DNA of 64,000 bases from Camelus dromedarius. Lineage: Eukaryota. The stretch covers positions 16,802,001 through 16,866,000 of the forward strand of contig NC_087464.1 of the NCBI RefSeq assembly GCF_036321535.1, given 5' to 3'. Under the pieces are notes generated by a model. It had not been told where the DNA came from and made no database searches. It worked only from the letters and a program-made list of their open reading frames with translations. This document shows, piece by piece, positions 52,206-64,000 of this stretch. Within the stretch, counting starts at the first letter, position 1. Each line of letters opens with the position of its first letter. The position numbers and the translations under genes are program-made.

Positions 52206-54379
52206 AAAATTTTAAAAAGAACATTCTTCTTATGAAGCCTCCTTCCTTTATAAAACCCTATCTGACCCCTCCTCATCAAGTTAGTTGTTACTTTGGGTTA
52301 CAGTTAATCCTGAGATTCTGCAGTCATAATTTACATCTCTAATCACCACTTACTTCATTCTGCAATTTTGTATTGTATTTAAAGGGTTCTAAAACTAGAT
52401 TGTTCAGGTTTAAGCCCTCACTCCAACACTTGCTGGGTGTATGGTCTTGTTCAAGTTATTTAATTTCTCTGCGCCTCCATGAAGTGCAGGATATAGGAGA
52501 GTTGACCACGTGAGACTTTTGCGTGGATAAATGAGTTATTACACATAAAACGCCAAGAGTAGTGTTTGGCACACTGTATAGGTTAAACATGTTAAGTGTC
52601 AGCTACTGTTGTTATATTATAGTATTATTGTTGCCTAAATGTCTGCCTCTTCATTTTCTCAGTTCGTATTTTAAGGCCCTATGAAAAAGAATAAATAAAA
52701 TCAATTCATTTTATTTATTTCCATCTTCCTATTTCCCAAAGGGGGAGAATATTATCACTGACTGGCAACTGGAGAGTAGCATGAAGGCCATGGCCTCAAC
52801 CCTCGGGGTACCTGCCTTCACCAGGGTCAGGACACAGCAGCGGCTGGGAAATTTTATTTGAATGAGGGGCCTACTGGAAGAAAAGATCAGGAAAAAATAT
52901 AACAGAAGAGTGTTTGTTAAAATCTTTTACTTCCACTCAGGGATTTAAATTCTCCCAAAAATAGAAGTACCAAATTTATTAAGAAGTCAACAGATCTGCC
53001 CAAATTTTCATATTTTACCCACATATATCAAAATTCCTCCATAAGTTTCACTTATTCATTCTGAGTGCTAAGTATGCACAGGGCACCACATGCTAGACTT
53101 CGGAAAGGTACAGTCTATTACTTTCCAGGCAGATCTCCCCCTCACATTACTAAGAAACAACATTAAAAGTATCTGCCTCTAAACATGTATGTGCAATGTT
53201 CACTCAGAGCAAAGTAACTAATTCTCTACTTACAAAAAGTTATTCAAAAGGTGAACTAAATTTGTATCATTTAACTATGGGCATTTGGCAATTAATATTA
53301 CTGGTCTAAAAGAACAGTAGATTGCATCTGGCATAAGTTAATGGAAAAAAGCTAAAAACATTGCCTAATTAAAAAAAAAACTTTTAGAGATCAATACAAT
53401 ACTTGTAGAAGCAAATTTCTAGCATGTGAGTTCTTCACTAGAACCTAAACTATAATTAAGACACCTTAAATACAATGTAATGTATGTCATTTATGGAAGC
53501 AAAGTATCCCCACCCCCAAATTTTATACAAACACTCCTCTGCAAGTGAGATTAAATTAAAATCCTGTATTCCAAATTTTGTGTTTACATGCACAAAATTC
53601 TGAGGACTCCCAAATTCTTGGGCTTGAGAATGCCAGTTTAACCTGCAAAGGTCTTTGCAGCTCCACCTCGTAACCCCCTCACACCCTTCACATGGCACTT
53701 TCATGGTTTCGTGGTTCTTCTCATAACCCCCCAAGATGCTTTTGTTGTTTTTACTGACTACAATATTTACAGAGCCACCTTACCCTCTTTATTTCTAAAT
53801 GAACAAAGCTTTAAAAATTCTCCCAAATACATTAGTCATTATTCCTTCAGACATTCCTCAATCTCAAAGTACTAATAAATTAGAAGGAAAAAATATTTTA
53901 ACTTTGGTAGACAACAGCTGTTAAGTAAATATTTGCTAAGTGGATGAACCTGTCAGAGAATGTACCTGTCTCTACAAAGTCATGTAGAGACACAAAATAA
54001 TTCAGTACAACCTATAAATGTGAGGATATTTTTTATAGTGGTTTTTTTGTTACTGAATAATTATAGATCTGGTGGCAACAAGAAGCACTTTGCTGTTGAG
54101 ATGAAATCAAGTAAAAAAAAGCTGTTATACATAGTTTCTGGACTGTTTTCAACATTGTAGATATAATTGGGACATCAGAGAAAAATGACAGAGCAGGGTC
54201 ATCTGTTCACTTTATCATGTATACTCTAGGATATATGGGAACCAAAATTAGATAAATAAAAAGTCAATTTATCACTGAGACTATCCCAGGGTTTAACAGG
54301 TTCGCCACGCACTTTATCCCTACTTTCAAAATAGGTACTAGGATAGAGTTTTAATTTCAGTAAGCGAAGAAAAAGCCCT

Positions 54380-54556
54380 AGGGCTCTGGGTCCCACCATT
54401 TTGCTGCACATTAGAACCATTCAGGGATTTTAAAAAACATATTGCCTCCCAGCCCTCAAATTCTGATCTAACTGGCACTGGATGCAATCTGGGCATTGGG
54501 ATTTTTAAAGTTCCATAGATGATTCTACTGTGCAGCCATCCAGGAACCACTGCCCC
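54380..54556. mobile_element. MER5-type MITE about 35 nt from the exon 12 donor
   Basis: GCTGCACATTAGAACCATTCAGGG...GATTCTACTGTGCAGCCATCCAGGAACCACTG. Confidence 0.55.
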
Positions 54557-54589
54557 AGGGTTTTAAAATTAATAACTTTCAACAACTTA

Positions 54590-54739
<150 letters not shown>

Positions 54740-54874
54740 CTAGTTGGAAAAAAAAATGCTTTTCAGACTATTTGGATCTTCCTTATAAAAAGCAAACACT
54801 ACTCATTATATTAAGAACCACCTTATTCTTCAGTGAAATAGCAGAATAATTCACTCAATATGTTTTCCTCTTCA

Positions 54875-55042
<168 letters not shown>

Positions 55043-55419
55043 CTAGACCAGAAATGCATTAGACATTTTAAAACATTTAAACACATCACCTTAAGGATTT
55101 GGCTGCCTTTAAATTCCATTACAACTTAAGCTGTATTAAAACCCCCACATAAAACTGCTTCTGATTTCAATCAAAGAAGAGAATTAGAAGAATAGAAAAT
55201 AGCAAATGAGACATTTCAGAATCTTCACCCACTTTTAGCAAATGGTTATGTATTAGGTCAGTGGGTCTAAAACATTTTTTCTGCCTCAATGTATCTGGGG
55301 CCACCACACGTTTATATTGGTAACAGGGTTACAGATGTGTGTTACACGCTCGCATGTTGTTTGGGGGAAATACATATATACATTTTATTTCTATTTCGTA
55401 GCTCTGCCCATAACTGGGC

Positions 55420-56500
55420 TTGGAAGCAATGACATTCCAGTAGCAATGACCATATCTGGCATCCTTGTCTTAAAAGACATGTCAAAGAGACACAGAAGCC
55501 AATTTGGTGGAGCTTTCCCACTAACCAAATCTAGTATAATTAGAACATCAAAATACATAATGGTAATTATAACCTACTGAATACATTAAGAATCCATTAT
55601 TTCATATTGATATAAATAAATATGTGGGTGAAAAGGAAAGCTCATCCTTACAGCAGAATGCCAAAAAAAAAAAAAAAAAAAAGAAAAGAAAAATCATCAC
55701 TTGGCATCCATTATTATAGTAATTGATGGGAAATCATCAATGGATGATAAAACTCTTGGTTAAAAGTCTGATGAGTATAAGAGGATATTTACATAGTCTC
55801 AGAGTATTCCACAACAGGATACCTACAATTACCAAAAAAAAATTACATTTATTTTTGTAATTAATAATTTTTTTAAAAAGTAATTTCAGTGGAGAAATCT
55901 GGCAGACATCACCTTAGCCAAGCGATCAAAGTTAACTAACACCACCAGCAACGGGATGAAAGGACATCAGATGCCTCCTGACAGGACACACTGAGATCGT
56001 ATTACCACATTCGTTGATATTTTCAACAAAATGAGTAACATAAATCTTATCAAGAGGAAACATAAACTCAAATTGAGGGACAGTCCTCAAAACAATTGGC
56101 TTTCACTCTTCAAAACTGTCACAATCATGAAAGACAGAGAGAAACTGTTTAAAGAGACAACAACTGAATGCAGTGCATAATCTAGGATTTTCTTTTGCTA
56201 CATAGGATATCATTGGGACAACTAGTGAAATTGGAAAAAGGTTTACAGATTAAGTAATAGTATTGTATCAATGAACATGTTCTAATTTTGATGAACTGTA
56301 CTGAGGTTATGAAGAGAATTCCTTGTTTTTAGGAAATGTACAGTGAATTATTTAGGGTTAAAAGGGTATCATGTCTGCAACTTACTCTCAAATGTTTAAT
56401 GGAAAAACAGAGAGAAAGAATGATACAGCAATTACAGTACTATGTTATCATTTGGGGTTTCCAGGTGAAAGTTATACAGAATTCTTGCACCATACTTGTA
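55420..56500 (+). mobile_element. L1MC-type 3'UTR fragment
   Basis: GAAATCTGGCAGACATCACCTTAGCCAAGCGATCAAAGTTAAC...CAAATTGAGGGACA. Confidence 0.6.
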
Positions 56501-56569
56501 CATCAGAAATTATGTCAAAAATTTAAAAACATATGTATTCTAGAGGGCTTTTATGAGATAATAGAAAAA

Positions 56570-57360
56570 ATATACTAGTTTCCCAGTTCCTAGCACAGGG
56601 CTCCTGAAACCCTCATAAATTCTTAAGTGATAAGAGTACTAGGAGCATCTTTTTTCTACAGAGGCAACTCTGAGTGGGCTCCTGGGTTGGGGTTGGTCAC
56701 CAGAAAGACCAAGCTATGATTAGAAGCTTGGAATTTTCAGTCCTACCTCCATCCTCCAGTCAGGGCAGACGGTCTCGAAACGGAATTAGTAATTGTTCAT
56801 GCCTATGTGAGGAAGCCTCCACAAAATCCCAAAAGAATGGGGTTTGGAGAGCTTCCAGGTTGTCAAACATATCCATATCAGGAAGGTGACCCACCTCAAC
56901 TCCACAGGGACAGAAGCTCCTGTGCTCAGGACCCTCCCAGAACTAGCCTGTGCGATTCTTCATCTGGCTGTTCATCTGGGTCCTTTATCATATCCTTTAA
57001 GTGTCTCTCTGAGTTCTGTGAGCTGCTGTAGTAAGTAACTGATTTCAAGGGGGATGAGGTCATGGGAATCTCCGATTTGTAGCCAAGCTGGACAGAAGCT
57101 GTGGGTAACCTGTGGACTGGCACCTGGAGCAGAGTGGTAACAACTGCATGGGACTGAGCTCTTAGCCTGTGGGATCTGACACTGTCTCTGGGTAGACAGT
57201 GTCAGAACTGAATTAAATTGTAAGATACCCAGCTGTTGTCACAGAGAATCATGTGATATAAGGAAAAACCTCCACACATTTGTGGACTAGAGTGAAACAT
57301 TCTATGTGAATAGTAAAGGAGAGAAACACAGAAGGGAAAGACTGGGTTTTCCCCTACTCA
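56570..57360 (+). mobile_element. MER21-like solo LTR
   Basis: GAAGCTCCTGTGCTCAGGACCCTCCCAGA...TTCATCTGGCTGTTCATCTG...CTGAGTTCTGTGAGC...CCTGTGGGATCTGACACT. Confidence 0.6.
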
Positions 57361-57397
57361 GTAGGGAGAACTCGGTTTTTTTGTTTGTTTTTTTTTA

Positions 57398-57559
<162 letters not shown>

Positions 57560-58439
57560 CTAAGTGTAAGAGCAATAAACAATTAAAATTTTACACATAT
57601 AATCTGACTCGTTTACATTTACCCTTAGGTTTTATAAATATTTTATAAGTCAAATGTCAAATCTGTCAAAGGAAAGAGAATCTCAACATAAAATAATAAT
57701 CAGTACATGTTTCATTTAATATGTCAAAATACTCTTCCCATCGTTTACTTTCTTTTCTTTTTTCTCTTTTCTTTACTTCCTTAGCTTGTCATACTTGTAA
57801 CTAAGATAAATATGAATTCAGCAAACAGTCCTAATGTATGGCTATATTTTTTTTTTCAGATAAATGTCTTTTCAGGGTTTTAATGCATAAAGACACTGAA
57901 AGGACCATAACGTCATGAATGATTGAACAGCTACCATCACTGTACTAAGATGTCCTTTGGGAGAAAGATCAAACCAGTGGTCTTATTGAGGGATGGGGGC
58001 TCATAACCCAGAAAACAGCTCTGTTTGATCACAATATGCAGGATTTAGTAGAGTGCATTTAGTCAGGAGGAAAAGAACACATGTGTGGGCATGCACATGT
58101 GTATGCATTTTTAAATATTAAGGGAGTGAGAACTAAGCCAATCTGATAGTAGTTAAAAAAAAAAAAAAGAAATCCTTTTATATTAGAAAAAAAATTTACA
58201 TCCACAAAATATAGGTTAAAAGTTCTTACTAAAATATATTCATCTACAATGAAATTAGATTGAACTCCAAAAGGTTATCTACATCAGAATTTTCAGACTT
58301 GTACTTAAAAATACAACATAACTTCAGTGCTTTATTCTTATAATTCATGAACTATTTAATGAAAAAGTTTACCCAGAGTACTGAAATATATATTTTTTTT
58401 TAGTATTTAAAAAAAAATAATTGGTAGTGTTTCATTTTA

Positions 58440-58655
<216 letters not shown>

Positions 58656-59855
58656 TTAAAGTAATTAACAAATAGGACACTGAGTGATATTTCCCATGGT
58701 GCCAAAATGTGCCATATTTGAGCCAAAATATTTAGGCAATTTAAATATGTAAAAATTATCTTTTAGGACATCTTACATAGGTACATACGATAGCAAAAGC
58801 AAGAATGAGGGCAGGAAACTTAAATGCAACAGAATTACTTTAAAAGTCTACTTGAGAAGGACCCTGAAAAATGGTGCCTCGAAACCGTAAAGGATCACAG
58901 AAAGCCCTGAAACCACAGGCCAGGGTCCCTTCCAGCTTTAGTTTTGGAGTATCAAATGGGAGTCGAAACAGAAGACACAGACTGAACAACAGGTTAATGA
59001 AATAGGTAGTGCTGCCAATTAAACAGACCAACACTGGCTAAAATTTAAAATCAGTCTGGAAAAATTCAGATGCCCAGTCAACATTATTTAATGATGATGG
59101 CAATAACTAACTGCTAAAGGTCACAACAAGGTAAATAAAAGGCAGAGGGAAGACAACACGTTAAGTAGTGAAACTCCAAACTCCCCATGCTTCTTATCCT
59201 CACGACTTACTTAATACTCTTAGTTGGATGACTACAAATCATTGAGCAGCTGCTATAAGCTTTAATACACAATGGAAAGTCCTGGAGCTCTTCCACAACT
59301 GGGGCCAAGAAACAACTACGCTCAACGCCTTTCACTGAATCCTCACGACACTCGTAAAGTGGGCACTTCATCATTATCCCCACCGAACACACAGGAGCCT
59401 GGGGTTCAGGGAATGAAGTCTTGCTCAATGCCATCCTGTTAATAAGTGTCAGAGCTGTACTTTCAGTCCAGGCCATCACTCCAGAGCTGATGATCTTAAC
59501 CACCATGCAACACTAGGTTGTGCCAAGTAAACTGCCAGAAATGGTTGTGGTCTCTGACAGTCATTTTTTGGTTCCTGTTCCAGGTTAATTTAGACTAGAA
59601 AAAAGAAAAATTCCCAAAGGAAAATCCTAGATCAATTCAACACAATGAGCTTTGAGTTGAAAATCTTAAAAGGGCTATAAATGTTATCATGTCAACAACT
59701 GGAACAGAGGATACGAGGTAATACATGTTCTAAACTATGGCACGGGAGGTTTAGAGGTCCCTAAATGATAGAAATACTGTGTAGGTGTTCTTTTTATTTC
59801 TATTAAAGGGCTTTCATTTAACATCTGCCAATGGATTCCTGCCAATTCATGTCTA

Positions 59856-60086
<231 letters not shown>

Positions 60087-61800
60087 TCAGGGCATTATTG
60101 TAATAAGTCAGTTTTAGCTTTTTTACCCTTTGCCCTGCAAAATCACTGGTGTTCATTTCCCTTCTTTAACTGTTTACCAGGGTTTCCTCGCCACCAAGTG
60201 TCAAAAGCCACCACCCTTTTCCTGAGGCTCAGATTCAAGTTTTTCCTTGATTTTTTTTTTTTGCAGCACCTACTACTACTATTTATTCTCCCCCTTTTCT
60301 CTCCTGATCTTTAAGACAAACGTGGTTTTCTACTCACTTTAAAGTCCCTTTCCTGGTTCCACTTCCTCCACCTGTCCCTTAAATTTGGGAATCTTTCAGA
60401 CACTTGGGATTGGGCTCTTCAGACATTCTTTTTTGGAATTTTTCTGATCCTATGATCTTAAATATCACTGATGTGCAAAGAACTGCCTAGATCTCTTAAG
60501 ATAAGAACTGACACCCTCCTAAGTTCCAGTCCTGCCTGCACTTTCAAGTGCCTGCAAGACATTTCTACCTGAATGACTTCCCAACACTTTTAAGCTCAAC
60601 AAGCCTTAAAATAACCCTCCTCGGCTTTTCTTCAAATCTGCCTCTGCCTCCTGACTCCCTTATTTCTGTCAATGGTGTCAGGGTCTTCCCAGTCACCGAG
60701 TCTGAAACCTCACAGGCATCCCAGCTTCCTCTGATCCTTCTTCAATAATGTCTCTCACTTCCGCCCCCGTCCCGCACCCTCGTGGTCACAGCTCTGGCTC
60801 AGCGCAGGGAACAAGAGGTGCTCACGCCAGCGCCGGCGGCCACTCCAACCCCAACACTCAACTGCCTCAAAGCTAATTGTGAACACCAAGCATGACACAT
60901 TCAAACATGGTACAAAAATATATCCATTAATGGTTATTTTAAAGGTCAACAGTGCAACTGTAAGAACAATCTCCGTGGAATTAAGCCATCAGTGGCAAAA
61001 ATAGGGAGAGCTGTACTTTACAAAACCTTATACGTATAAACTTGTTTCAGTTAAGAAAACAATTTGTGATAACTTTATAGGGTTGATGTAAGGCTTTCAA
61101 ATTAATTTCGGCTTTTCTCGGCAGCCTTTACAACAGCTAACTTCACTCTGCCAAAACCTTCTCTTACTGAACTGTGAGTTCCAAGAGGGTAGGAGTTCAC
61201 CTATTCCCGGGATCTGTGCACAGAACATGGCACAGAGTGGGCACCCAACAAGTACTTGTTGAATGAATTAAAATGATTCTAGAGCAAAAGGAATAATTTG
61301 ACTTATTTAAAAAAATTCTGACTTCATACCTCTCCTAGGCTGCCCTAAATTTTAATATTTTTAGACATTAAACACGTTTCTCTCCTTTTATAAACTGATC
61401 AGTTCTCATCAATCCAGAATTCTGAAAATACACACAATTACGTTTTAAACATATAAATTCAGCTTTGCTTTTACCCCCCCACCTCCAATCATTTAAAAAA
61501 CCTAGCCCTCATGAGCTTTATTGTTTTAGGAACTAAAAAATGTTAATTTAAAGGCAAAGCACATTTGGAATGACTTTAGAGCTTTACTACAATAGGTTAT
61601 AATTACACATTTTATAAAACTACAGCTGCTACAGAGACAAAAGAGCAACTTGCTTTTGAAAATGTGATTTGTAATTCATATTATCAGCAGAAATTTGCAT
61701 AGAAACAATGTCGTTTTCAGGCAATGATGATTTGCTATGGTTTTCCTTACACAATTCCTATTTTGGGCAGTTTTGTTTTCAAATAAAATATAAGCATTCA

Positions 61801-62547
<747 letters not shown>

Positions 62548-62768
62548 TCAAATATGAGTAGTCTGCTATGGTAGGCCACATACATTTATCTTTAGTTTTC
62601 ATGCCAAATTGTGGCAAAATCTATCCTCATTTCCAATCTCAAAAATCTGAATACAAATGCTAAAGGAGCCGTTTGAAAAAGGAAATAAATTTAAGACATG
62701 GTGATAATGATCCCATTCAATTTCCAGCCAGAACACCTGGAAATATTGCCCAATAGGTTTGCGACTTA

Positions 62769-62975
<207 letters not shown>

Positions 62976-64000
62976 TTAATATTTTTCCTTGACAATAAGA
63001 AAAGACTTAAAATATTGAAAGCCATGCATGTAAAACTTGAAGTAGTTTAAAAACAAGATTACAAACAACCATATATTCTCCCATTATCTGCCTATGAAAA
63101 AATTTGAAATCAGATTCTCTCTATTCTATATCATGAGCACTCATAACTACGTTATCATTTAATTTCATGTTAATTCTTATTCTTTCTCATAGGGTAACCA
63201 AGGTCATTGTAAGATACTGACGTTTATCAATTTACTATGATTTTTACTAACTTCGGCTGTAAATCTCACCATGCCCACACAAAGTATATTGTAAAAGGTT
63301 GGACAGGCAGGAACCCTCCTTTTGTTCTGGTCTGTCAGCCATCCATGTTTCTTTTCAATGGTAACAGCACAGCACCTAAGACTTTTTTTTTAGAGACCAC
63401 TCTCAGCCCCAGCCCCATCCCCACACCCCCAGTCAGCATCTGATATAAGGCAGCTCAATGAGAATTAGGTCTGAGAGTTTTTTGAACGACTGGAAAAGAG
63501 GACTCTCCCTTCAACAAGCTGGACAGATTGCTGGTGGCCATCTCTGCTACCACACAGGACAGCACAGCTTGAAAATAAGATCAACACAAGGGAAAGCAGA
63601 AAACAGAGATGGAAGGAAATGCGGGACTGAGAAGGAGAGATGGGATGGATGAGCGGAGAGAGAAGGCAGGTGTGAGAGAGAAATTCCCAGTAACAGCGTC
63701 TGGGCATTTGAATCCAGGTAGCCCACTCATCCTTTAAAAATTACAGCTATATAATTAAAACATAGAACGTCAAAGGAGGGGAGGTTTTAGAAAAAAGAAA
63801 AATATGGGTCAGGGTAGTAATGGGAAGCAAGGAAGATGCCTCCCTACCCCGAGGCCGACGGTATGCAGGAGAAATCAGCAGTTCAAGTGGGCTGCCAAGG
63901 CAGCAATGTTCTCAGGAGACAGTAAGAGAAGAGAGTAGGGCTACTGGGAAACTGCTGGCTGAGGGCAGTTGGCTGAGGGCAGCAGGAAGGAGAAGAGGAG

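Overview
Mammalian genomic DNA, most likely a camelid (Vicugna/Camelus), judged from ten copies of a tRNA-derived SINE of the Vic-1 type. Positions 20919-62956 hold the 3' three quarters of BLM (Bloom syndrome RecQ helicase) on the minus strand. I traced 17 coding exons (equivalent to human exons 6-22). All have AG/GT boundaries and form one open frame of 3206 nt with intact helicase motifs, RQC zinc ligands, HRDC, NLS, stop codon and poly(A) signals. Positions 1-20700 are downstream intergenic DNA; by human synteny (recalled, not visible here) this faces the FURIN promoter region. I found no new gene system. The most unusual structure is a nested repeat stack at about 7340-10600 (HAL1/L1-ORF1 > solo LTR > SINE > polyadenylated 3'UTR retrocopy). 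It carries an exact 135-bp inverted copy and an exact 109-bp direct copy of nearby DNA joined by microhomologies, which looks like a chained template-switch event or else an assembly chimera. Other notable items are an in-frame 39-nt segment in BLM exon 7 absent from the human protein as I recall it, two retro-insertions sharing one target site, a perfect palindromic estrogen response element and two strong G-quadruplex motifs. Repeat family names and human comparisons are from memory, not database searches.
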